Below, in pieces: positions 53,006 to 64,000 of a DNA stretch of 64,000 bases. Source of the stretch: Nemertoderma westbladi (taxonomy: Eukaryota; Animalia; Xenacoelomorpha). The notes beneath the pieces are model-generated. The model saw nothing but the letters and a program-made list of their open reading frames with translations. It was not told where the DNA came from and made no database searches. The position numbers and the translations under genes were made by a program. The stretch spans positions 26,649-90,648 of the forward strand of contig JAUCBJ010003298.1 of NCBI GenBank assembly GCA_032718475.1. Direction: 5' to 3'. The first letter of the stretch is position 1. The number at the start of each line of letters is the position of its first letter.

Positions 53006-53674
53006 AAATAAATATATATTTATATACGCGGTACTTGTTTGTAAATAAATATATATTTATATACGCGGTACTTGTTTGTAAATAAATAGATATTTATATA
53101 CGCGGTACTTGTTTGTAAATAAATATATATTTATATACGCGGTACTTGTTTGTAAATAAATATATATTTATATACGCGGTACTTGTTTGTAAATAAATAT
53201 ATATTTATATACGCGGTACTTGTTTGTAAATAAATAGATATTTATATACGCGGTACTTGTTTGTAAATAAATAGATATTTATATACGCGGTACTTGTTTG
53301 TAAATAAATAGATATTTATATACGCGGTACTTGTTTGTAAATAAATAGATATTTATATACGCGGTACTTGTTTGTAAATAAATATATATTTATATACGCG
53401 GTACTTGTTTGTAAATAAATATATATTTATATACGCGGTACTTGTTTGTAAATAAATATATATTTATATACGCGGTACTTGTTTGTAAATAAATATATAT
53501 TTATATACGCGGTACTTGTTTGTAAATAAATATATATTTATATACGCGGTACTTGTTTGTAAATAAATATATATTTATATACGCGGTACTTGTTTGTAAA
53601 TAAATATATATTTATATACGCGGTACTTGTTTGTAAATAAATAGATATTTATATACGCGGTACTTGTTTGTAAA
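53006..53674. repeat. 37-bp AT-rich minisatellite (about 18 copies)
   Basis: Unit AAATAAATA(T/G)ATATTTATATACGCGGTACTTGTTTGT. Confidence 0.96.
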
Positions 53675-54906
53675 TTACCACTTGTCTTTATGGTTTGCGA
53701 CACGAACGAACGTAGTGAGTGAGCGCAAATAAAGTCTCGAGGATCAGAACAACGTTAAAGTCCTTTTTGCTAAAAGGCATCAAAGTATAAAACATTTTAG
53801 TGTAATATTAACAAAATTATTAACGAATGTAAAGCTGTAAATTAAATATGTTTCCTACGTTAATACATCAGAATTCGCAGTTATTACTAACGGGAACGGC
53901 GTTAAGTGGTGTTACAGTTTTGGCATAAAATAAAATAATAATAATAATAATAACTCCTTTCGCTGTTTATATTGGCTCGTCGCATAAACAGTTTGTATAA
54001 GTTTGTAAATAAAGTATTATTTATCTCCATATGATAGCGAAAGAGTTAGCCGTAGCCCATCCAAATCCTCCCACGTAAATATCGCAAACAGAATACGGCT
54101 TGTAATCCAAGTTATCACTAACTCCTTAAATGTTGTTAATGTCTCTATGACGCCCAAATAATATAAAAGAATTGGAACACTGTGGCATCGTAGGTACCTT
54201 TGTTTAGTTTTACACGAAATAAAAATTCGGTGTGCGAAATAAAGACTTTATTTTTCTCAGTGAACGGGATAATAATATTTTATTCAACTCGTTGAGTTGA
54301 GTCGGGCAAATGTTTCTGTTAAGAGTAAATCAAAATAAATTCATCAATCACGGTCTTACTTCACTTTCTAAGAAACAACAATAAACGACTTACACGGTAG
54401 TTCTATAAAGTAAGTATTAATTATTTAACTAATTGACTACAATATTTGACATTCTAATGCAAAGTAAGTAAGTAAATCACAACTGCTTAAACAAATAATG
54501 AATATAAAATTATTAGCTCACGTTTTAAAAAAAATATAGGTTGTATAAAAGTAGGTTCGTTATACCGGTACCGGTACCTTGCTTGCTTCGACTCCCAACT
54601 TTTATGTAACCCTTTTAAGGGATCCGGATATACTCATACTGTCTGCATTAGAAAACCAATATAACGATGCCAAGATTGAGGGTGTGTGAGCGCATACAGA
54701 AAAAATTAAAATAACTATTTCGTCTGAAATAAAATAAAGTGCAGATATTTTCACGGTGTTATGAATTAATTACTTAATATCTGCAAGAAAAAATAGTTAG
54801 TAATAACCACTGACAGTTCCTGTTACCTTTAATATCATTGGCTGCCGACCAATTTGTATAATTATAGAATAACTAATAAAAAAAGTTGGAAATAGGAAAA
54901 AACTTA

Positions 54907-54947
54907 ACGTACTTCACGAAGCCCCAAGGGGGCTTCGTGAAGTACGT
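54907..54947. other. Perfect 19-bp stem, 3-nt loop hairpin
   Basis: ACGTACTTCACGAAGCCCC-AAG-GGGGCTTCGTGAAGTACGT, about 260 bp downstream of the PIAS stop. Confidence 0.9.
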
Positions 54948-55208
54948 GGCGACGTCATGGATTGTGGGTGGTGTCTGAGAGTGGGTGGAGGTGTGGGGTG
55001 CCTCCTATACTAGATGAAGAAGGCCCTCAAGGAAGGTACAGAAGCCCCAATACAATTAACCTCAACCATATTTAGTACAAATATTATAAAATAACTTTAC
55101 AAACACAAACAAACAAACAAGCGACTTTTCTAGGCCAACATAAACAAAAATTACATATTTTAATTACTTTAATTTGTTAATATTATTATCATCATTTTTT
55201 AATTTATT

Positions 55209-57593
55209 TCAATCTAGAACTATATTGCCATCTTTATCGGGGTCGAATTCTTTATTACCAGTTGATTGTCTCATATTAAAGCAACCGGATATGGGAGTGT
55301 ACATTGGTTGCAAGGGGGGAGGGGGGAGTATGCTTCTAGCGGAGGCTGGATCAGGCATACCCCACTGCGCCCACAGTCCCTTCACAGAAGCGGTGTCCAC
55401 CTCGGGGAAGTTAGAGCCCCCGGTTGGTAGGGAGGCCGAGGGGGGAGCGCTGTGGGAAGGGGAGGCCGTCAGGAAGGGGTCCGAGGGGTAGCTACGTCGT
55501 TGCAGTTTGGGTGGTGTCATCAGGTTGAACATACTGCTGGGTGGGAGCGCGGCGAGGCTGGTGTAGAGGTTGAGCGAGGTTGGGGTGGGTAAGGGAGGGG
55601 GCACGGTGGAGGAGGGAGGGGGGAGTGAGGAGGAAGGGAGGATGGACTGGTTGGGAAGAGAGAGAGGGGGGTAGGTGGAGGGAGCGGGGAAGAAATGGGG
55701 GGTTATAATGGGTGAGAGGGTGGTGGTTCGGTAGGGGTTGGTCGTCGGTTTATAGTGGATCAATCCGTCTACAGGGGAGCGGGTTGTGGGGGAGTCGGTA
55801 CGGGGGGGTTGGGGGTTGTAACGTCCGGGACTGGAGACCCGGTAGTGAGCGGGGCTGGGCGTACTAACGGGCGGGGGCGGCGGGGTGTAGACGGGTGTGG
55901 GGCACCGCAACAAGGACGCCGGGGGACCGATCGAGCCTCCGCTAGAGGCTGGAGAGGTGTTGGTAGTGATGATCACCGAGGGGGAGGATGGCAGACTGCT
56001 GGGTCCCGGGTTGCCTAGCAGCACGTCGTCCAGGGCGTCGAGCGGGAGGGGGTCGGCGTCGGAGTCTTCCAGGTCGCTGGTGAGGTCGATTATCTCCGGG
56101 CCGCTGGCGGGTCTGGGCGGGGTTGCCGACAGCACGAGCGTCGGAGAGCCGCTCCATCGGGGGCCCAGGAACTCCGCCACCACCGGGTTCTTCAACGCGA
56201 GTCGTTCCGCCAAGGAGGGAACCTCGTCGGGAAGTCTCATCGGTTTACTCGGTTCCTCTACGCTCGTCGCTTCCGGCTCTCCCGTCGCCTTCCACGAGCC
56301 ATCCTCGTAGAAATGCACCTCGTTGGAGGAAGTCGAGCCGAGGATTTCCGTGAAGTAACCATCGATGGCGAGCGTGTCATATCCCGCCTTCTGGTCACAG
56401 ACAGGGCAGATCCAGGTCGGCCGCTTCTCGTTCATCTGAAGATAAATCTTTGCATCGAAGCACTGCAGATGCTGACAGTGTGTGGGTCTACAGGGGGTCT
56501 CTATGCGGCTCATACTTAGGGGACAGTGGAGGTTTACCCGGAGACTGGTGGTCGCTAGTTCGCAGTCGTCGTCCTTGGGACGGAGTTTCTCCGTGACTAG
56601 AGCTCGCGTGTAGCAAGCGTTCCGGATACCTTGCTGTTTCAGTCGAGTCATTAACGTCTGGGAGGTCAGCTGTTGCACCAGATGGACGGTAACGCAGTAG
56701 GTTTTACCGGCTTCCTGGGCCCACTGCACTGAACCCGTATTGGTGAAGGTCGCACTGAGTTTGGCCAACGAGGTTATATTAATCGGACGGCTGGGCCGTT
56801 TAGAATCGACGCCAATCTTGTTTGACGGGATCACATTCGGAAGAGTGACAACTTTGTTGTTGATGCGAACGAATAGCGTGCTGGGGAAGTTGTCGTTCTG
56901 GTCGCAGGATGTTTCGCTGAGACAGAATCTCAGTTGCAACTGAACGTCGTAGTCGTAGCCTCGAGGTCCTATGCGACCAGACTGAGAGATCTGTCTGACC
57001 TGGTCCGGGGTCAAATAGAAGGAGAGCGGGAACTCCTGGAGCTTGGCGCCAGAGCTAGGGACCAGCGTGGTCGGCTTAACAACCTGGTCGATTATATCGA
57101 AGAACGCGAGTTTCTTCACTCGGACGTCGGGGTACCTCGGTATCGGGGGGTAGGGCTGTCGACTGGAGGTGGGCGCCATCTGCTTCCCGTATAGACCTCC
57201 CTGGTAGCCGTTGCGGTATCCCGAGTTCGAGTCCACCATGAACCGGTGGTACGGACTGCCGCTCGGTCCCCCAGACATGTAGGCGCCTCTCTGCTGCTCC
57301 GAACTGCTGCTACCCCCGCCGTACCCCGAGGAGCCGCCGTACGTCGACGGACTAGTCGGAGGTTTCCTAGGAAACCGTTGTCTGTATAAGTTGCGGATCT
57401 GTTCCTCTAACACCTGTTTGGTTATTTGTCCGGGTTTACCAGCTGATTTTAGGAGATTGGAAGCGCGAAGTAGGAGGTCAGCCTTCTTACCGTTTCGCGA
57501 ACCGGTTGTTTGGGCCAATAGGGACTGGAGCTCCGCCACTCGGAAGGACTGTATCATGTGCTTCAATTCGGCTATATTCGCTGGGTCATCCAT
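55209..57593 (-). CDS. PIAS: PIAS-family SUMO E3 ligase, intronless, 794 aa
   Basis: N-terminal SAP domain (ELKHMIQSFRVAELQSLL…GKKADLLLRA), PINIT motif (RPINITSL), SP-RING (CPLSMSRIETPCRPTHCQHLQCFD…WICPVC), SIM (EIIDLTSDLEDSD), Pro/Ser-rich tail and terminal IVLD. Confidence 0.96.
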   Translation of the reverse strand: MDDPANIAELKHMIQSFRVAELQSLLAQTTGSRNGKKADLLLRASNLLKSAGKPGQITKQVLEEQIRNLYRQRFPRKPPTSPSTYGGSSGYGGGSSSSEQQRGAYMSGGPSGSPYHRFMVDSNSGYRNGYQGGLYGKQMAPTSSRQPYPPIPRYPDVRVKKLAFFDIIDQVVKPTTLVPSSGAKLQEFPLSFYLTPDQVRQISQSGRIGPRGYDYDVQLQLRFCLSETSCDQNDNFPSTLFVRINNKVVTLPNVIPSNKIGVDSKRPSRPINITSLAKLSATFTNTGSVQWAQEAGKTYCVTVHLVQQLTSQTLMTRLKQQGIRNACYTRALVTEKLRPKDDDCELATTSLRVNLHCPLSMSRIETPCRPTHCQHLQCFDAKIYLQMNEKRPTWICPVCDQKAGYDTLAIDGYFTEILGSTSSNEVHFYEDGSWKATGEPEATSVEEPSKPMRLPDEVPSLAERLALKNPVVAEFLGPRWSGSPTLVLSATPPRPASGPEIIDLTSDLEDSDADPLPLDALDDVLLGNPGPSSLPSSPSVIITTNTSPASSGGSIGPPASLLRCPTPVYTPPPPPVSTPSPAHYRVSSPGRYNPQPPRTDSPTTRSPVDGLIHYKPTTNPYRTTTLSPIITPHFFPAPSTYPPLSLPNQSILPSSSLPPPSSTVPPPLPTPTSLNLYTSLAALPPSSMFNLMTPPKLQRRSYPSDPFLTASPSHSAPPSASLPTGGSNFPEVDTASVKGLWAQWGMPDPASARSILPPPPLQPMYTPISGCFNMRQSTGNKEFDPDKDGNIVLD

Positions 57594-58384
57594 TGGATCG
57601 GCTATTAATCGAAATGAGTGTGTGTCTGTAACCTGTGGTTATTTCCTAATCCAATTCATATCATAACAACAGCAGTGAAACAAAACATATTGGGTTAATT
57701 CAGACAGTCTCATTTCAACTTTCAATATTCAAATATTTGCAATACTTGAGAAATTTCAAGTTGTTAATTGGTAAATTAATTACGATTTTCTACAGTGCAT
57801 TTGTATTGTACGGTGTATGACGGACTATGGCATATGTTAAATTTTATTTTGCGGATTATGTTTATTCGGAAATTATGCGTAAATTTGCATAACACAATCC
57901 AAACAAAAGGAACAGTCTGACAGTACCGGTAGGGAAGAGCTGAAGAGTAAGTAGCAAATTAGTGATGTTCCAGAATAATTTAATTTGTATGAGTTGCGAA
58001 TTTGTTATAGGTTGACCCCCTATTTTGGCTAGATTCACTCACCTATTAATTTTTTTACCCGTGATGAAATTGACTTACCGGTACCGGAATAATTTAAAAA
58101 AATATATTCTTAAATTGTTATTTTTCGCTCTAATATAGGCCTACCCCAAATCGGGAGAAAATTTACTGCCTACTATGGGGATTGGGGGTCCTACTAGATA
58201 GGCTACTTACCCAATACCACCCAACTTTACCCAGTCAGGCCAGTTGCCTTTGTAGAAAATCATTAGGCCATCCATATAACAATAGTTTAAGCCTGCATGT
58301 ACCTTTTTCAACTGTATGACTGCATGTAGGCCTATTAAGGTAGAGAGAGAGAGTAGAGAGTTACTGGTATTAAACGTGATTGAG

Positions 58385-59250
58385 ATGCCTCGAAACAAGT
58401 TGAAGAAGATCAATACAGCAATAGCCGTCAACTTAACTATGACCCAAATTTCCTACAAGTGGCTATTGCTAGTGTAAAACGAGGGGACCTTTCGAATTAT
58501 GCTGCTGCAGAAGTTTATGGGGTGCCACGAGGAACTATAGCTCGCCATGTAGCCGGTATTGGAAAAGAAGGTCTCTTTCCGAAAACAAATGGGCAACCCG
58601 GCGAGGAGTGGTATCGTATTTTCATGAAGCGCTGGAAATGCGAGTTATCAATACGTTCCCCTGAATTGCTCATGTTGTCGAGGGCAATGGGCTGCAATCG
58701 CAAAGTAGTCGAAGCATGGTTTGCTCTTCTGAAAAAATATATTGACAATCTTGGATTGGCAGATAGGCCAGCATAAATATTAAATTGTAATGAAAGTGGA
58801 ATGGGAACCAACCCAAAACGAAAAAATATTGCAAAGAGAGGGGCCAAAAATCCAACGAACATTATCCCTGGGTCAGACAAGGAGCAATACCAATCCTCTC
58901 TACTGTGAGTGCCTCAGGGATAAATTACCCACTGCACATTGTTTATCAAGGAAATAATTTATATGGTGAATGGATGGAAGGAGGGCCACCAGTCGCCTTA
59001 TATGGTGTTACCGCTAATGGATGGATGGAACTACCAGTGTTTAACGAGTATTTCAAACATCTGGTAACTCATTGGTTAGCAGAAGTTCCTCGTCCTATCT
59101 TATTAATTTATGATGGTCATCTAAGCCACATTTCGTGGCAAGTTGTCCTACTCGCAAAAGAGAATAATGTTCACATCCTCTGTCTCACTGGTAATTGCAC
59201 CCATCTTCTGCAACCATTAGACATTGGCCTGTTTAAGCAGGCCAAAGACG
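58385..59250 (+). pseudogene. pogo/Tigger-type (HTH_psq + CENP-B HTH + DDE_1) transposase remnant
   Basis: MPR…AIASVKRGDLSNYAAAEVYGVPRGTI; PGEEWYRIFMKR…LSIRSPE; stop then ILNCNESG (NxDETG, catalytic D lost); frameshift; NGWM…LLIYDGHLSH…THLLQPLD; truncated after the DDE domain. Confidence 0.88.
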
Positions 59251-62200
59251 TCAGGATTACAAATCACAAATTTTTACAAATTACAAATTGCTATAGATAT
59301 ATTATACATACATATACATATATACTGTTATACACATATATATATATACTAGTTTTTCCCATATATACTGATATAGGCCTATATATAAATAAACAATAAA
59401 TCCCTTATTGCGGATAAAATGGAAGCACAATTATTATATATACCACCACCATAAATTTATAACAGAATTTACAACATAGTGCTATAGATAGTTATTACGA
59501 ATCACAAATTACATGTAGGCCTACAAAATATAATTTCTAGTGTTATTCCGTTATTACACTTGCAAAAAAATAATTTGACTACCGGTAACTATAGGCCTAC
59601 GGCAGTGACGGCACACAGTGATACGTCCAAAATTCCATATATATCAATAACTACATATTAATTTTAATTTATAATGTTAGTATTTTTTATGTATTGAACA
59701 ATTACGTAATTTTATGGAAACATTTTTTTTAAACTCGTTTACATTTGTTTTTACGTAATTTACTTAATTTATATTAATTTTAATTTATAGCACCACATTG
59801 AGACATTAGTATTTTTTATGTATATAACAATTAGGCCTACTTAATATTATGGAAACATTTTTTTAAACTTGTTTACATTTGTTTTTACTAAATTGACTTA
59901 ATCTGTAGGCCCTATTAATGTTAATTTATAGTGCCACATTCGTATTTTTATGCATTTAACTATAAATTACCTGTACTTAATTTTAATTTCAGAATTTTAT
60001 GGAAACATTTTTTAAACTCATTAACATTTGTTTTTTACTTAATTCTGTAATTGCCTTCTTAATCTGCTAAGGTCGTAATCGATTTATCATATAATTACAA
60101 AATAATATTCTCCTTTATTGTCTTAAATATGGTCAATTGATGTCAATCCAATTTTTATTTTTTTTGTTTTCATCTTATTTTTTATACATATAAATAATTT
60201 TACTTAATTCTGCGTGTGCATAATAATTCGTTTGTAGACTGCTTTATCATTTATCAGACCAACGGGTGCTAAAACGCCACATTCGTATTTATAATGGGTC
60301 AAAACAGAAAAGTGGTTACAACAAGATTTCTGATTTCCATTGTATAAATTGTCTCAATTTTATTTTTAACTTATATTCATTATGTTAATCTTCCACATTT
60401 TATTCATTATGTACTGATGTACTGATGTATATCTCATATACAGATATATTTTACTAGATTTTACAGTACCACTACCAGTATCTATATATTTTATTCCTAC
60501 CAGGTTGTCAGTCACCTACGTTCAGACGTTTAACTTACATTGTCGATTTATGGGTGCTAAAAGTGCATACTTTCCTCATCACCCTTTAAACTATTAAACT
60601 AAAATTGAAAAAAATCAACAAAATTGACGCAATTCAAAATATAGGGCCTAATGTTCCTAACTACCGGTATGTAACTCAATAACTACATTAAATAGTTATA
60701 GTCTAGTACAGTAGGCCTAGTACCTCAGTTCAGTTATGTATTTACAAAGATAATACACTAATCAGCTCCACTAATTCTACATTTGTTATCTATTAATAAA
60801 TTGTTAGGCCTAGCTTATTATTTGTAATGATAAATGAAGATGGACCTCTCTACACTACAGTATACAATTATACAATACATATAGACTGATAGACAAAGAC
60901 AGACAGACAGACAATAACACAAATACAAGCCTGTTTTAATTAATACTCATAGGCCTAACATAATAGGCCTAATTACCATAAGAATTACGGTATTTATTTA
61001 GTATTTACCAAAACAGATAATTTTTGTGAAGTTCGGTATTTTATAGGCCTAGATTACCCAGGTCTGCACCTGCAGGTGCCAGGCGCAGGCTGCAGGTGCA
61101 ATTTAATACCCAGGCAGCCAGGTGCAAAAAAATGTTGTTCAAGTGCATAATTTTTGACTAAGGCGCAGAAAAACGTTGTTCAAGCGCATAATTTTTGACT
61201 CAGGTGCAGAAAAATAATATTGAGGCGCATAAATATGCGATTGAAGTACAGGCGCAGGCATATGCCATACTTTAAAATCAGGGTTTGTACTATTTTTGCA
61301 CTATTTTAGGGTCCTACGAATTACCAAAAAAATACAATATTACCCAAAAAAATACACAAAAAAAACTCATAAAAACACAAAAAATTAGGCCTACACAAAA
61401 AAACACAATACACAATATTACATTATTACCCAAAACAACTAGGCCTACCATACTACCGGTAGGCCTACCCAAAAAAGACAAAAAAATTTTTTTTCATAAA
61501 CAACAGAACAATGCTTCTTCTATAGCCTAAGTGATAAGATTTAGGTTAACTGTAAGAAGTGTTTCAGTGTTTCACTTTTCAGTTTTCGATTTTCACTTTT
61601 TTCAATAATCATTTGAAGATTCATTTAATGACCTACTGCCACCGCCACCGGTAGGCCTACCCAGACTGCCAGACAGCATACAAAACCAGGTTTCTTAATT
61701 AATGGAAAGGAGCAGGTTACTTACAGTAGCAGGCTTCTGGGCTTTTCTAACCAAAACAATAAACGATAACCAAAGAACACAGGTCAGCAGGTTACAGTCT
61801 TATTTTTGTAACCGGCTGGTGGTTAGCCTACCTACTTCTGTACTTACCTACGGTACGGTACCGGCACCGCTACTTACTGACTTAGCTGATTCGGAGTCGG
61901 ACATCGTATTGCTTTGCAAATGTCTGTATGTACAGTATGTATCTGATGTAGGCCTATGGCTGTATGCTGTATGGCCTATTCAATATCTAACCTAACCAAA
62001 ATTTTAAATCGCACTACTGATACCGAAACACCAATACCTAGTGTCAGACAGTAGGCCTACCGGTCCGGCACTGTAGTAAGTAAGTAAGCCTTCTGCTGTT
62101 CGGTCTGACGGTATTGGTAGTTTTTTGTTTGAATGATTGCACGGAAACCATCCTGATTAAGACTGTAAGATAAATAAAATAATATGTAGACTTCATCCGA

Positions 62201-63466
62201 TCATACTATACTGTAGTACTATAGCAGTATAGAGTACCAGAGTGTTAGTTAGATTCTCTATAAATATTAAATAATGTAGCCTACCGTATTTTGTATTGCT
62301 ACATGGGCTACTACTAGGATCGGCATGCTGCATTGCAGCTGCATTTTTAAGAATGCTGTGCCGGCTTACATGGGCAGTGCTAATTGATTACAATATATTC
62401 ACGAAGTGAGGCCATCTCGCAGCACGTGACATAAACTTTTGTTAACTGACAACTAGAAATAATTGTAGGCGAAATATAAGCAGATGTCCCCTGGGTTAAG
62501 ACCTCAAAACTTCAAGAATATATGTACCAGAACAATCTGGAAGAAAGTATTATAAGTAATAACGAAATGGCTGATTAATTATTTTCAGCCTACACAAAGA
62601 CGCAGGACGCAGCCTTTGCCTTTGGATGGTCCAACACTTATATATCTGTCAAATATAATCACTTATATATCAGTTAAATCGGAAAACCCGTTGTAGAGAC
62701 TTCCCTCGGCACGAGAGCTTATCTATGAAAGTTTCAATCTCTGTCATTTAACTCTCTAGCGGCAGACTGGAGAACTGCGGTGATGAACTTCCTTACAAAA
62801 TACCGGTAGTAAAACCAGAATATTAGACGAAACGTATCGAGAATGTATATTACTACTACTAATAATACTATGGCGAATATACCCTAAGTTGCGTGGGCGA
62901 TATACAGACAACATATAAATCCTGGGAAAGGAATAGGTTACAGTGGCAGATTATTCTATCCAAAACTATAAACTATACTCAAAAATGACAGGATGCAGAG
63001 GCGATCCAGAAAGTATTCCAAACATGGAAAGGAGCAGGTTAAAGTGGCTGTCCTTTCTAACTAAAATTTCGAACTAAAACTATAAACTATATACGCATTA
63101 AATCAGCTTACATGGGCGATACAGAAAACATACTAATCCTGGGAAAAGAACAGGTTACAGTGGCAGTTTATTCTAGCTATAGCCAACCCAATAAACGATA
63201 CTCCGAAACTCTATATGTGATACTACTTCCCTTCACATCCGTGTATATCTTTCTTAGACAACATATATCGCTATCGCTCGTAGCAAAATGATCTGGTAAA
63301 TAAAGTACCCTCATTATCGTGGTTGATACGATATCTACATAAGTGTATATTTATCGTATCGGGCCAACTTGTTTTGGAAAAATATACAAAATGCAATATT
63401 ATATTAATTATCTTAATTTAGAATTAAGTTATGAAAGTTACCTGCACTATTATTTTATTTTAACAG

Positions 63467-63666
63467 ATTGGATAAAATGTGGAGGGACGCGGGTGGTTCT
63501 TTATGGTTCAATGGGCCGTGGTTCGTTTACCCAAACGAATGTTCCCATCCCGTCACTAGAATGTTCTACGCCAAAGAGGTTCTTCAGAGCACCATAGAAG
63601 ACACCAACCCAATGTTGAGCATACTGGGGAAGTGTGCAATCAACAACCTACAGGAGTATATTCGTG
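63467..63666 (+). CDS. PBRM1: Polybromo-1 internal exon (core of BAH2)
   Basis: TTTTAACAG|A TTG GAT… completes the AG+A Arg codon from 48448; LDKMWRD…WFNGPWFVYPNECSHPVTRMFYAKEVLQSTIEDTNPMLSILGKCAI matches PBRM1 IEKVW…GPIFIHPEETEHEPTKMFYKKEVFLS…ILGKCAV; donor G|GTTAGT. Confidence 0.92.
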
Positions 63667-64000
63667 GTTAGTTATACATGCTGAGCATCGCCACTCTGCA
63701 AGTAAGTGGTTCACCTCATAAAAATATCCATCTCTGGGATTGTATGAAACTAGGTCCCGACCCGATATGAAATCCCCAGTGCACAATAATTAAATACAAA
63801 CAATCTTGAATTTAACCTTGATTTAATTTTTCATAATATCTGCCCGAATTCGAAAAAAACATAGATTTTTCAGTTTAGACACTCAATACATAAGTTAAAT
63901 GCATTTAAATTTTATAATGTTAACGAACCAGATATGTTGATATCTATATAATGATACCATTTGAAAGAGCATAGAATTCTGCAGAAGCATATGTATTATT

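Noticed and set aside
55174-57666. Plus-strand ORFs overlapping PIAS
   Set aside because: Shadow ORFs of a GC-rich coding sequence with no recognisable motifs.

Overview
AT-rich eukaryotic (animal, probably invertebrate) genomic DNA; roughly 60% of the window is tandem repeat. Recognisable genes: the terminal exon of a NEK6/NEK7 kinase (+, 7841-8366), an intronless C2orf69/UPF0565 gene (+, 38744-39598), three internal exons of polybromo-1/PBRM1 covering the BAH1-BAH2 linker and BAH2 (+, 47953-48090, 48312-48448, 63467-63666), and an intronless PIAS SUMO E3 ligase (-, 55209-57593) inside a 15-kb PBRM1 intron. Mobile DNA: a young 5'-truncated RTE LINE with an 11-bp TSD, a decayed inverted copy of it, a tRNA-derived SINE, several MITE-like elements and a pogo-type transposase pseudogene. 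There are eight tandem arrays, including a 20-kb 30-bp satellite. The most notable patterns are: (i) arrays that contain or abut splice sites, including a 37-bp unit made of the PBRM1 exon end plus its donor and a 69-bp unit carrying TAG|GTAAGT; (ii) gene nesting in PBRM1 introns, possibly also on the same strand; (iii) a dense cluster of TAGGCCTA/TACCGGTA palindromes upstream of PIAS. All homology calls are from recalled family motifs, not database searches; copy numbers are estimates from array length divided by unit length.
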